Made by a program: the position numbers and the translations under genes. 64,000 bases of DNA from Candidatus Latescibacterota bacterium (lineage in GTDB: Bacteria > Latescibacterota > UBA2968 > GCA-2709665). Below are positions 39,484-51,732 of this stretch, one piece after another. The notes beneath the pieces are model-generated. The model worked only from the letters and a program-made list of their open reading frames with translations. It did no database searches and was not told the origin of the DNA. Position 1 is the first letter of the stretch. Every line of letters starts with the position of its first letter. Location: positions 2,912,001-2,976,000 of the forward strand of contig CBDDDZ010000005.1 in assembly GCA_965226795.1 (NCBI GenBank), read 5' to 3'.

Positions 39484-40710
39484 CTAAAGCAATCCGGCCC
39501 GGCGGAGGGCGTCGGCCATAACGCTTTCAGATTTGTTGTCGGACGTGTTTTCCTTGATCTTGGACGCTTCGATTTCCTTGACTTCAACGGCTTTCTTTTC
39601 TTCTTCCTGTACGTCGCGTATGGAAAGGGAGATGCGTTTCTTGTCGCGGTCGATTTTCCGGACTCGGGCGCGAACTTCCTGCCCGACCGATACGACGTCC
39701 GAGGGCCGCGCCACTCGGCTTCGTGCGAGTTGGGAGACGTGAACCAAGCCTTCCACACCCGGAGCAACTTCGACAAAGGCGCCGAATTGCTGAATCGAGA
39801 CGACTTTTCCGGTGATAACCTCCCCCTCTCGATATTTCTCGACCGCACCGTCCCAAGGATCGGGCAGGAGCGCTTTAATGGAGAGCGAGATCCGTTCTTT
39901 GTCTCCTCCGATCCCCTTGAGTTCGAGGATCTTGACGTTGACTTCGTCTCCGGACCGAAGCACGTCTTTCGGATGCCCGACGCGGTTGTGCGCGATTTCC
40001 GATATGTGGACCAGCCCCTCCACGCCACCGAGGTCGACAAATACGCCGAAACGCTCAAGCCGGGTGATCTTTCCCGTGACTTCGGCGCCCTCATTGAGTT
40101 TTTCCCGGATTTCGTCCGCGCGGCGGGCGGCCTCGGCTTCGAGATGGGCGCGGCGCGACAGCACAATGTTGCGGCCCCGGCCGCGAAACTCGACAATTTT
40201 AAACGTAAGGGTCTGGCCGGCATAAGAAACCAGATCTTTGCTATACCCCGTATCGATCTGTGAGACCGGACAGAAAGCCCGCCGGCCGCCGAGGTTGATA
40301 ACCAGACCGCCGGAGTTGAAACCGGTAACCCGCCCGTCGACCGGTATATTTTTTTCGAAGGCCTGACGCAGTATTTGAACGTTGCCCGTACGCCGGGACA
40401 GGGTCAATCGGACTTCGTTTTCCACCGAGGCGACAAAGGCTTCAATGTTGTCGCCAACCTGGCATGAGACCTCACCGTGTTCGTCCCTCAGTTCCTGGAT
40501 GTCGACAACGGCTTCGCTTCGGCCTCCATAGTCTATAAACACGGAGGATTCATCGATGGTCTGGATACGGCCCGAGAGCCGCTGGCCCACCGAAAGTAAC
40601 GGCTCGGGCGACTGATCGGGTTCTCCTTCGAGAATTGCTGCGAACTCGTCGCTGGAACGGTCGGCGACGTATTTTTCGTCCATTTCATGGACTTTTCGCG
40701 GTTCGTTCAT
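39484..40710 (-). CDS. S1 RNA-binding protein with four S1 domains (RpsA-like)
   Basis: Repeated FGVFVDLGGVEGLVHISEI and FGAFVEVAPGVEGLVHVSQL; ends MADALRRAGLL. Confidence 0.85.
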   Translation of the reverse strand: MNEPRKVHEMDEKYVADRSSDEFAAILEGEPDQSPEPLLSVGQRLSGRIQTIDESSVFIDYGGRSEAVVDIQELRDEHGEVSCQVGDNIEAFVASVENEVRLTLSRRTGNVQILRQAFEKNIPVDGRVTGFNSGGLVINLGGRRAFCPVSQIDTGYSKDLVSYAGQTLTFKIVEFRGRGRNIVLSRRAHLEAEAARRADEIREKLNEGAEVTGKITRLERFGVFVDLGGVEGLVHISEIAHNRVGHPKDVLRSGDEVNVKILELKGIGGDKERISLSIKALLPDPWDGAVEKYREGEVITGKVVSIQQFGAFVEVAPGVEGLVHVSQLARSRVARPSDVVSVGQEVRARVRKIDRDKKRISLSIRDVQEEEKKAVEVKEIEASKIKENTSDNKSESVMADALRRAGLL

Positions 40711-41048
40711 GCGGGTTCTCTTTTGCTCCTCTTCCGGCGATGTTCGGTCAAACCCCCGCGCTCTCGCGCCGGCGCGCCCGGCGCGGGGATCTGCAGGCCT
40801 GCTCCCTTCACGAGGCCCTCGGATCAAAACATATAAAGGTATGAGAAAATTTGAAAGACGCAAGGTTTTTTTTGGATATTCACATCGACGGCGACGGACG
40901 GTCAACCGCAGGATCGCGGTTTCCGCGGGATCCGGCCTCACAGGTTACCCAAATCTCACCGTTGATCGCGGGCGGGCGTTATCGTATATTTTTTCGGGTT
41001 CGGGAATTCGGTGGCCAACTGAAGGTATTCACGGACAGGGGACGCGAG

Positions 41049-42260
41049 ATGAACGAAATAATCGAAGAGGCGCGGCAGGTTGCGCTTCAGATCTTGAAGC
41101 CGCGAAAGGTGGAGTTGGAACACGGGCTGGCCTTGCACACCGACTCAATCGTGTGCGACACGTACGGATTCGCCCCCCGGGCAGCCATAGATGGAGACGC
41201 GATGGCAGCTACCGCGGCAGCCGGTGCGTCGGAGGCGGAGTTGAACGATATGAATGAGGATATGTCAATGACCCGGTGCGCAACCGATCCGGGCGAGCGG
41301 GCGGAGTTTCAGGAGGCATGGCGTTCGGGCGGCGTGACCTGTATCGTGCAGAACGCCGGCGAGGAGGGTCAGGCGCCTTTGCGGTTGATTAAACGTCTCG
41401 CGCGGTTTACCTATGTGGCCGACGTCATGCGGGATTTCCTGATGCGTGCAACCACGCCGGCGGATATTGAGGCGGCCAAGGAACAGGGCAGACAGTGTTT
41501 TTATATGAGCGGCAACGGCGTACCTCTTTCACAGGACTGGGTGTCCGTGGAGGAGGAACTGAGGTATATTCGGATCTTCTTTCAACTGGGGATCCGGATC
41601 ATGCACCTGACCTATAACCGTCGCAATATGCTGGGAGACGGGTGTGCCGAGCCGGCCAACGCGGGATTGAGCGACTTCGGCAGGTCGGTGGTGGCCGAGA
41701 TGAACCGGGTGGGCGTTATCGTGGACGTTGCGCACGCGGGCTGGCAGACCAGCCTGGAGGCGGCTAAAGCGTCTTCGGTCCCGATGGTGGCAAGTCATTC
41801 GGGCTGCTGTTCAGTGAACGAACACATCCGATGCAAGCCGGAAAACGTAATCCGGGCGATTGTGGATTCGGGCGGTTACGTGGGCATCTGCTGCATTCCG
41901 GCCTTTCTGGGGCGAAGTGGAGACATAAAGGCGCTCCTGGATCATGTCGATTATATGGTCAGGACGTACGGCGCCGATCACGTAACGATCGGGACGGACA
42001 CGGCCTACGCCTCGCGCGCGTCCAACGCGGAAAGGAGGAAGGCGCCGCGTTCGCAGAGGCGTCCGCGCTGGTCGGCGTTCTGGCCGCCCGATGCGTTCGA
42101 CGCCCACTGGCGGCAGGATCACATGGTGAAGAGTCTGGCCTGGACCAACTGGCCGCTTTTTACGGTGGGTATGGTCCAGCGCGGTTATACGGATGTGGAT
42201 ATCCGAAAGATCCTGGGTGGCAACATGCTCCGGGTAGCACGGGCGACCCTGGCCGGCTGA
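41049..42260 (+). CDS. Membrane dipeptidase (M19) family protein
   Basis: LTYNRRN, GLSDFG..VVAEMNRVGVIVDVAH, ASHS, IGTD, KILGGN. Confidence 0.88.
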   Translation: MNEIIEEARQVALQILKPRKVELEHGLALHTDSIVCDTYGFAPRAAIDGDAMAATAAAGASEAELNDMNEDMSMTRCATDPGERAEFQEAWRSGGVTCIVQNAGEEGQAPLRLIKRLARFTYVADVMRDFLMRATTPADIEAAKEQGRQCFYMSGNGVPLSQDWVSVEEELRYIRIFFQLGIRIMHLTYNRRNMLGDGCAEPANAGLSDFGRSVVAEMNRVGVIVDVAHAGWQTSLEAAKASSVPMVASHSGCCSVNEHIRCKPENVIRAIVDSGGYVGICCIPAFLGRSGDIKALLDHVDYMVRTYGADHVTIGTDTAYASRASNAERRKAPRSQRRPRWSAFWPPDAFDAHWRQDHMVKSLAWTNWPLFTVGMVQRGYTDVDIRKILGGNMLRVARATLAG

Positions 42261-42341
42261 CGGCCGCGACTTGTGTTCCGTCGGGGGCTACCGCTGGAAA
42301 AATTCCGAGAAGGCCTGAGCGCCTTCAGAAAAGGATGTTTC

Positions 42342-43592
42342 ATGACTGGGAATCTCAACCGATTGCTTTTTGTCTTTTTTTCACTTTGTGCTTCCGCATA
42401 TCCGGCGCATGGACAGAATCCGAGGTTGTTATGGCAGCCCAAAGGACCCGTAACGCATGGGTCGAGCGGTCCGCTCGCGGCGGATTTTGACGAAGACGGC
42501 GTTATCGGGTTCTCGGATTTTCTGTTGTTCGTGCGCAGCTTCAATGCCCGGGAAGGCGAAACGGCGTACGACGCCAGGATGGACCTGAACGGCGACGGCA
42601 CGATTAATTTTCCCGATTTTGTCTCTTTCGGTGCCGCGTACGGCGCCCGTTCCGACGCCGCGGCCACCACCCGCTACGCCGTTTACGTGCTCGACCCGGT
42701 GCTGGGGGGGGCGGCGGTCATCGATTCGGAATCCCATTTGCTTTCGGACTATCTGAGGTTCAGGGGACCGACCGGAATCGCGGTCTCGTCGGACGAGCGG
42801 ACGATCTACGTCTCGGAAGGATTCGGGCTATTCGCCATCGATGCGAATCACGAAGCCCTGTTCTCGATCCCCACGGAATCCCAGGGAAGGGTTGTATTGA
42901 GCCCCGACGAGCGGTTCGCATACGTGACGGAAGAACGGCACCACCGGCTGGTGATGTTGGATCTGGTGGCGCGGGTTCCCGTGGATACGATTTCCGTCGG
43001 ACAGAGACCGATCGACGTGGCGATTACACCGGATGGCAAGAAGCTCTACGTGGCGAATGCCGACAGTCGCGACGTTTCGGTGATCGACGTGGATAGCGGG
43101 GAAATCGTGGGCCGCATCATCATCGGCGCCGTCCCCGGTGAGATTGGCATAACGGCGGACGGCAGGCGGGCGTTTGTGACCAACATAGACCGCGGTGTCA
43201 TTTCGGTTCTGGATCTGAATTCGGATCAGGTCGCGGGTGGCATTCAGCTGAGTGGAGATTCCGCGCGGGGACTGGCGTTCTCACCAGATGGCCAGACACT
43301 TTACGTGGCTTCCACGGGGACACTGTCGGGCGGATTCCTGTTTGCCATTGACGTGCAGCGCAATCTTATTTCGAAACAACTGAGGGTTGGCGATGCCGCG
43401 TCTACGATTGGCGTTTCTCCGGATGGTTCGCGCCTCTACATCGGCACTCTGGTGCTTGACGGCGGCGGCCCGGGGCTGAGCGCCGTCGACCTTGACGAAT
43501 GGCGGGTCATGGGTCGGTTGCTGGGTATCGACTTCATCGCTCAGTTCGCATTCCGCACGCTTTCGCAACCGGGATCCAGCCGCGAGCGTTGA
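42342..43592 (+). CDS. Secreted dockerin/EF-hand-like + YVTN/YncE beta-propeller protein
   Basis: Signal peptide; ADFDEDGVIGFSDF and DLNGDGTINFPDF; SPDERFAYVT, TPDGKKLYVAN, SPDGQTLYVA repeats. Confidence 0.85.
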   Translation: MTGNLNRLLFVFFSLCASAYPAHGQNPRLLWQPKGPVTHGSSGPLAADFDEDGVIGFSDFLLFVRSFNAREGETAYDARMDLNGDGTINFPDFVSFGAAYGARSDAAATTRYAVYVLDPVLGGAAVIDSESHLLSDYLRFRGPTGIAVSSDERTIYVSEGFGLFAIDANHEALFSIPTESQGRVVLSPDERFAYVTEERHHRLVMLDLVARVPVDTISVGQRPIDVAITPDGKKLYVANADSRDVSVIDVDSGEIVGRIIIGAVPGEIGITADGRRAFVTNIDRGVISVLDLNSDQVAGGIQLSGDSARGLAFSPDGQTLYVASTGTLSGGFLFAIDVQRNLISKQLRVGDAASTIGVSPDGSRLYIGTLVLDGGGPGLSAVDLDEWRVMGRLLGIDFIAQFAFRTLSQPGSSRER

Positions 43593-43639
43593 CCGCACGC
43601 CGGGGCCCGCCGCGAATCGCTGGAGACGTTGCAATATCC

Positions 43640-44104
43640 TCAATCGACGGCCTTGACAATCCGGATTTTGACCCGGGCAACGCCCTCCTCGACCATGTCC
43701 AGACGACGGGCGGCGCCCAGGGAAAGGTCGAGAATCCGGCCTTTGACAAAGGGTCCCCGGTCGTTGACCTTCACCTGAACGCTCCGTCCGTTGCCGAGAT
43801 GGGTTACGTGGATAACGGTACCGAGTGGAAGTTCCCTGTGCGCGGCGGTGAGGCCGTACATATTGTAAATCTCACCGCTGGCGGTGGGACGGCCGTGAAA
43901 CTTGTGCGCATAAAAGGAGGTAAGGCCAACCTGGAAGGCGTCTGCGGTGGAAATCCTGGGAGGTTCAATTGTTGTTTTTTCGGAGTCGCTTCTGGGAGGC
44001 GAGGAGCGATACCGCGGTCGCGAGAAACAGCCTGAAGTCAGACCGATTGCGAAAATCAAGAGAATGTAAAATGCAACACGGTCAGTTCCGCGGCCCGGTT
44101 TCAA
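43640..44104 (-). CDS. rlpA: RlpA-family septal ring lytic transglycosylase lipoprotein (start uncertain)
   Basis: Lipobox TSGC; SFYA..FHGRPTASGE, TAAHRELP, VKVNDRGPF, LDLS. Confidence 0.88.
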   Translation of the reverse strand: MKPGRGTDRVAFYILLIFAIGLTSGCFSRPRYRSSPPRSDSEKTTIEPPRISTADAFQVGLTSFYAHKFHGRPTASGEIYNMYGLTAAHRELPLGTVIHVTHLGNGRSVQVKVNDRGPFVKGRILDLSLGAARRLDMVEEGVARVKIRIVKAVD

Positions 44105-45038
44105 ACGAACCCACGAGGTCTGATACACGCCCGATCCGGTGGCTGCGGCAGTATTCGGAAATGCCATCGACAATCTCCACGGCAGCCCAGGGGTTGACAA
44201 AGGTGGTCGTTCCTACCTGTACGGCGGACGCGCCAACGACAAGAAACTCGATTGCGTCTTGAGCCGTAGCGATACCGCCCATGCCGACAATCGGGATCGT
44301 AACCGTGTTTGCGACCTTCCACACCATCGCGAGCGCAACCGGCTTGATGGCGGGCCCGGAAAGGCCGCCGGTAATATTGCCCAGAACGGGGCGCCGGGAC
44401 CCGATGTCCACGGCCAGCCCCAGCAGGGTGTTGATAAGCGCGATACCGTCCGCGCCGGCTTCTTCCACGGCGGAAGCCACGGCGCCGATATCGGTTACGT
44501 TGGGTGTGAGCTTGACGATAACCGGAAGTCTGGAGGCTGCCTTTACTGCTGCCGTAACATCATGCGCGGCCTGCTCATGACACCCGAAGAGCTGGCCGCC
44601 GTCTTTCATGTTAGGCGACGAGATATTCAATTCGAGGGCGTCGATATCCGGTATATCGTTGAATCGCCGCGTCATCTCGGCGAATTCATCGTTCGAAGTG
44701 CCGGCGATGCTGACAACACGCGCTGTCGGTAGTGCCTGCAAGGCCGGGACCTTTTCCACAATAAACGCGTCAAGTCCAGGGTTCGTCAGGCCGATGGAAT
44801 TGAGCATCCCCGACGGGGTTTCCGCGGTTCGGGGGGTACTGTTGCCCGCGCGGGGGTAATAGGTTATGGTTTTGGTGACCACGCCGCCGACCCGCGCGAA
44901 GTCGAACATGCCCGCGTACTCGGCGCCGTGCCCGATGGTGCCTGAGGCCATCATGACAGGGTTCCGGATGGTCAGACCGCCACCTATGTGTGTGGAAAGG
45001 TCCATAGGCGTTATGGGCTGGGAATTCGAATGTGACAT
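44082..45038 (-). CDS. pyrD: Dihydroorotate dehydrogenase, family 1B catalytic subunit
   Basis: NPVMMASGT, MLNSIGL.NPG, ELNISSPN, VKLTPNVTDI, GGLSGPAIKP. Confidence 0.94.
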   Translation of the reverse strand: MSHSNSQPITPMDLSTHIGGGLTIRNPVMMASGTIGHGAEYAGMFDFARVGGVVTKTITYYPRAGNSTPRTAETPSGMLNSIGLTNPGLDAFIVEKVPALQALPTARVVSIAGTSNDEFAEMTRRFNDIPDIDALELNISSPNMKDGGQLFGCHEQAAHDVTAAVKAASRLPVIVKLTPNVTDIGAVASAVEEAGADGIALINTLLGLAVDIGSRRPVLGNITGGLSGPAIKPVALAMVWKVANTVTIPIVGMGGIATAQDAIEFLVVGASAVQVGTTTFVNPWAAVEIVDGISEYCRSHRIGRVSDLVGSFETGPRN

Positions 45039-45083
45039 CGCCGTCTGCCGCGAGACGTGTATACGGGGCAGGCCGAGCGCAGG

Positions 45084-45878
45084 CTACCAGATGATCGCGT
45101 GGGCATCCACCACCGGCCCTTCCACGCAGACCCGCCGGTACCGATGGTCTTCCCGGCCCGCTTCCCGGTATTCCACCACACAGCCGACACAGGCGCCGAA
45201 TCCACAGGCCATATGGTTTTCGAGGGAAGCGAAGCAGGGCAGACGATACTCGGCCGCGATCTCGGTGACCCGCGTCATCATGGCGTGGGGGCCACAGGTA
45301 AGGACCTGCGTTCCGTCCTTTAGAACATGCTCCGAAATCAGGTCAGTTACAGGGCCTCTATGCCCCAGACTGCCGTCGTCCGTAGCCAGCCGTCGACACA
45401 GATCGGCCGGAATCACACGATCCATGTCGGGCATGCGCGCTTTGCTCGCAGCCCCCATCAGAAAAACCATTTCAGCGCGCCGTTCTTTATGGAACCAGGC
45501 CATAAAGGCGAGGGGGACCAGACCGACCCCCCCGGCGACCAGCAGCACACGACCTGTGTCGGCCGGGGCAAAGGGTCGTCCGAGCGGACCGATTATATCC
45601 AGGTTCTGACCGGCCGCGGATCCGGCCATCCGGCGGGTGCCTTCCCCGATAGCGTCGTAGACAATTTCCAGCCACCCGGCTTCGGGGTCCACGCGGAGCG
45701 CGCTGAAAGGCCGACGCAGAAAAGGCGCCTGGCCAGCGTCGGTCCGGATCTGAACAAACTGGGCGGGGCGGCATACCCGGGCAATTCGCGGGGCCCGGAG
45801 GCGCATCAGGTAGACGTTTCGAGCGATCTGCTCGTTGACGAGGACTTCGGCGTTTTCCTGGGAAAAGTGTGGAATCAT
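45084..45878 (-). CDS. pyrK: Dihydroorotate dehydrogenase electron transfer subunit
   Basis: LRRPFS, GPLG, AGGVG, CGP, MACGFGACVGC..RVCVEGPV. Confidence 0.93.
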   Translation of the reverse strand: MIPHFSQENAEVLVNEQIARNVYLMRLRAPRIARVCRPAQFVQIRTDAGQAPFLRRPFSALRVDPEAGWLEIVYDAIGEGTRRMAGSAAGQNLDIIGPLGRPFAPADTGRVLLVAGGVGLVPLAFMAWFHKERRAEMVFLMGAASKARMPDMDRVIPADLCRRLATDDGSLGHRGPVTDLISEHVLKDGTQVLTCGPHAMMTRVTEIAAEYRLPCFASLENHMACGFGACVGCVVEYREAGREDHRYRRVCVEGPVVDAHAIIW

Positions 45879-45942
45879 TGGGCGAAAACGTCACGCGGAC
45901 TTTTGGAATCAGATTGAAGAACGGGGTGGCTCATCCGGTCGG

Positions 45943-47720
45943 CTATTTCTTTCGCGGGCTTTCGGAATCGCGCCGGCGTTTTTCATTCCTCCGGTCGGAA
46001 GGGGTCGTTCCGTCGGTTCCTCCGGCGGATTCCGCTTCCGGATCGGATTGCGCGATGGCCTTCAGAAAATCGCCCTTCAGGCTTGTCGACGCGATTTCCG
46101 CGAATTCGGTTAGAGGATAGCTGTCCACAAGCCGCTGGTAATAGACCCGGGCGGTATCCGGGTTCTCCAGGCGATTCGCATAGGTCCAGGCGATTGTATA
46201 AAGGGCCTTGGCCGCAAAGGGGCTGTTCGGGTAATCCGATGGCAGTTGTTTGAGGATTTCGAGATAGCCGGTAGGGGTCGCCGCCCTGTCTATCAGCGCC
46301 TCGGCCTCGCGAAACCGGGCTTCCGCGCCGGCGTCCTCCTCACGGGCTTGCACCAGCCGCTGGCGGGCATCCACTGCGTAGGGGTTGACCGGATACGCGT
46401 CGATCAGTTGCCGGTACGTCTTCTCGGCAGCTTCCTGGTTCTTAAGGCTGTCCGCGTAGATGAGGCCAATGGCATAGAGGGCCTTGGGCGCCAGTTTGGT
46501 ATCCAGGCTATCGGCGATTTCGTAGGCTCTGCGGTAGGTGGCGAGCGCGGAATCCGGTTCGGAGAAGTTGAATAAATACATTTCAGCCACATTGAAGAGC
46601 GCATTCAAACCCTTTTTCTTGCCCTTGGCGGCCTGCTTCCGGTAGCGCACCAGCTTGCCCAGGTCTCTTTCCCGGTCTCTCGCCGCCCTGCCGGCGTCGG
46701 ATCCGGGATTTTCTTTTCGGGCGCTGGCGAAAAGCTCTTTCGCCTTTTCCATATCTCCGTGGGTCCTCTGCGCCACCACCGCCAGGCTGTAGTACGCTTC
46801 GGCGCTGTACTCGGTCTTCGGATTGCGCTCGATGACTTCACTGTAGATCTGATCGGCGATATCCTGTTTGCCCATCAGTTGATACACGTTCGCCCGTCTG
46901 AGTTGGACGTCGGGTTCGTAGGATTTCAGGCTCTTGATCTTCAGAATCCGCCTGTATTCCTCAAGGACTTCGTCCAACTTTCCCTGGCGCTCCAGAATTC
47001 GGCCGATCTGAAGGCGGGTCTCGTAATTGATCTTGTTTTTCGGCTTTGATTTCAGAACGCGGCGATAGGCCAGCAGGGCTTCTTCGTACTGTTCCAGCTG
47101 AAACCTGGCGTTCCCGATGCCCTCCCATATTTTTGTGGCGAGACCCCTGGGCTTGCTCTCTAGCAGCTTCTGATACGCATCAATGGCGGCGGCGTGCTCA
47201 CCGGCTTCGGCTTCCAATTCGGCCAGCGCTAGCCGTGCTTTCGCGGAAAAATGCGGATCGGCACGCTCACCGACGTTCGCCAGTACAGGCCGCGCTTCTT
47301 CGGCTCTTCCGGCCGCCCAGAGCGTAAGCCCTTTCCAGTACATCGCTTCGGTGAGCAGCAGGCTTCGAGGAAAATTGTCCTGAAATTCCTGGAACTTCAG
47401 CAGGGCGTCGCCGTAGCTGCCTCGCCAGTAGAACGCCTTGCCGATGAGCAGAAGGCTGTCGTCCACCCACTTGCTGTCGGGATGCCGGTCGAGGACGATG
47501 GAGGCCTTACGGATGGCCCGCATGTAGAATTCGCGGTACCGGAACATCATCTGCTTGCTCTTCCGGCCGGAGGAGGCCACGTTCTCGGCCTCCTCTCGTT
47601 TACGTTCCGCCTCATGGTACACTTTTCGGGCGTTATAAAATGTATTGTAATAGACACACCCGGAGACCAGGGTTCCCGCAAGCAGGACCATCCATGGCAG
47701 GAGGATCTTTCGGTTCGTTT

Positions 47721-47736
<16 letters not shown>
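45943..47736 (-). CDS. TPR-repeat lipoprotein
   Basis: Lipobox VSGC followed by YYNTFYNA; HPDSKWVDDSLLLIGKA; many TPRs. Confidence 0.8.
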
Positions 47737-49553
<1,817 letters not shown>

Positions 49554-49585
49554 GGCGATTACCGGACTCGCTCGGACTCTTGATA

Positions 49586-51034
49586 TTACGCGATGAGGCC
49601 CGCGAGTTCCTTCTCGCATTCGGTGATCTGTCTCAGGTTCTCCAGGAACCAGGGGTCGATTCCCGTGAGATCGTAGAGTTCCGAAATGGGCCAACCTGCT
49701 TCCAGCGCGGCCTTCAGATAGAAGATTCGTTGTGAATTGGGCACCCGCAGCCGGTGTTCGATAACGGCGCGGTCCAGCGTGGAGATGTCCAGATCTTTCC
49801 CGTCGGCACCGAAACCGGCACGGCCGATTTCGAGGGAACGCAGTCCCTTCTGAAATGCCTCTTTGAACGTCCGCCCGATGGCCATGGTTTCGCCTACGGA
49901 CTTCATCTGGGTACCCAGAAGGTCTTCTGTCTGCGGGAATTTTTCGAACGTCCACCGTGGAATCTTGACCACGCAGTAGTCGATGGTCGGCTCGAATGAG
50001 GCGGGCGTTTCCCGGGTGATGTCGTTCCGGATTTCATCCAGTGTGTATCCCACCGCGAGTTTGGCGGCGATTTTTGCGATGGGGAATCCTGTTGCTTTCG
50101 AGGCCAGGGCGGAACTCCGGGATACCCGTGGGTTCATCTCGATGATGACGATGCGTCCATCCCGCGGATTCAGCGCGAACTGAATATTGGAACCGCCCGT
50201 CTCCACGCCGATCTCCCGGATGACGGCGATGGAAGCGTTCCGCATGGCCTGGTACTCTTTGTCGGTAAGGGTCTGCGCCGGCGCCACCGTAATGGAGTCG
50301 CCGGTATGTATGCCCATGGGATCGAAGTTCTCGATGGAACAGATAATGACCACGTTGTCCTTCAGATCGCGCATGACCTCCAGTTCGAACTCTTTCCAAC
50401 CGATGATGGATTCTTCGACCAGGATTTCGGTGGTAGGCGAGAGTTCCAACCCCCGAACCGCGAGGTGTTCGTAATCTTCCGCGTTATAGGCCGTGCCCCC
50501 GCCGGTTCCTCCCAGCGTGTAAGACGGGCGTATGATGGCGGGATAGCCTATTTCGGCAATCACTTCCAGGGCTTCTTCCGCGCTGTGCGCAAATCTCCCT
50601 TTCGGGAATTCGACGCCGATCGCGGCCATCGCCGCCTGGAAGCGTTCCCTGTTTTCGGCCTTTTCGATGGCTTCGGCCTTTGCGCCGATCATCTCCACGT
50701 TGAATTTCGCGAGAACTCCGCTGTTGTAGAGATCCATGGCCACGTTCAGGCCCGTTTGTCCGCCAAGTGTTGGAAGAAGCGCGTCGGGACGCTCCCGTTC
50801 GATAATGGCGGCGCACACCTCCGGCGCAACCGGTTCCACGTAGGTCCGGTCCGCCATTTCCGGATCGGTCATAATCGTAGCCGGATTGCTGTTTAACAGG
50901 ACAACCGTATATCCCTCTTCCTTGAGGGCCTTGCAGGCCTGCACGCCGGAGTAGTCGAACTCACAGGCCTGGCCGATCACGATCGGTCCGGAACCGATGA
51001 GCATGATTTTCTGGATGTCGTTACGTCTGGGCAT
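49586..51034 (-). CDS. carB: Carbamoyl-phosphate synthase large subunit, N-terminal part (482 aa)
   Basis: [48 protein letters not shown] then stop. Confidence 0.92.
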   Translation of the reverse strand: MPRRNDIQKIMLIGSGPIVIGQACEFDYSGVQACKALKEEGYTVVLLNSNPATIMTDPEMADRTYVEPVAPEVCAAIIERERPDALLPTLGGQTGLNVAMDLYNSGVLAKFNVEMIGAKAEAIEKAENRERFQAAMAAIGVEFPKGRFAHSAEEALEVIAEIGYPAIIRPSYTLGGTGGGTAYNAEDYEHLAVRGLELSPTTEILVEESIIGWKEFELEVMRDLKDNVVIICSIENFDPMGIHTGDSITVAPAQTLTDKEYQAMRNASIAVIREIGVETGGSNIQFALNPRDGRIVIIEMNPRVSRSSALASKATGFPIAKIAAKLAVGYTLDEIRNDITRETPASFEPTIDYCVVKIPRWTFEKFPQTEDLLGTQMKSVGETMAIGRTFKEAFQKGLRSLEIGRAGFGADGKDLDISTLDRAVIEHRLRVPNSQRIFYLKAALEAGWPISELYDLTGIDPWFLENLRQITECEKELAGLIA

Positions 51035-51189
51035 ATTTAATATGGAAATCGCCGTTTAATCGGCGGATACGGATATCATCCATCGGCCCCCGGTATCCCG
51101 GACCGGGTTCCGAGAAAAAAAACACCTGCGGCTGTCCTTGGAAAAGGGGGATGATCGCAGGCAGTGTGGAACCGTATGGCAGTCTGCAT

Positions 51190-51732
51190 TCAGACATTTT
51201 GCAGCAGAACCAGGTAGACCAGCACGAGGATGAAGAACAGTGTGACGGCAAAACAGGTTTTCAGGAAGAGATCCCTTACCCTGTTCGGGGGTGCGTTGCC
51301 GCCAATGGGTAGAGCCGGGGCGGCCGGTTCGTGGAGCGACCCCGAAAACCGCTCCTGTTCAATGAGTTGCTCCAGTTTTGGATCGCACTCCCTGATGACA
51401 CGGAGTATGAGGCGCTTGTTGCGGGCCGCCCTTTCGACGTACCGGCCCTGGGGCGACGTGCGCGCGCCTGCTTCGGGGATGAGAAGCTCCGAGTCGTCAC
51501 TGGATCCGGGAGCGTCTTCAACCAGGCTGAGCGCGCTGGCTCTGGCCAGTTGTTCGGTGAGTCTGCGGGTTTGCTTCCTGTCGTGGACGTTCTCCCGGAT
51601 CACCCTGCCGCAGATGCTCACGAAGCGTTCCATATCCGCTCTGATCTCACCTTCCGTGAGACCGACGAGATAGGACTCTTCAATCATTTCGTCGATGCTT
51701 TCGCGAATATCCGGCACGGGTCGGGTTCTCAA
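51190..51732 (-). CDS. Hypothetical protein with C-terminal membrane anchor
   Basis: Start overlaps the nnr stop; helical body; hydrophobic tail FAVTLFFILVLVYLVLL. Confidence 0.6.
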   Translation of the reverse strand: MRTRPVPDIRESIDEMIEESYLVGLTEGEIRADMERFVSICGRVIRENVHDRKQTRRLTEQLARASALSLVEDAPGSSDDSELLIPEAGARTSPQGRYVERAARNKRLILRVIRECDPKLEQLIEQERFSGSLHEPAAPALPIGGNAPPNRVRDLFLKTCFAVTLFFILVLVYLVLLQNV

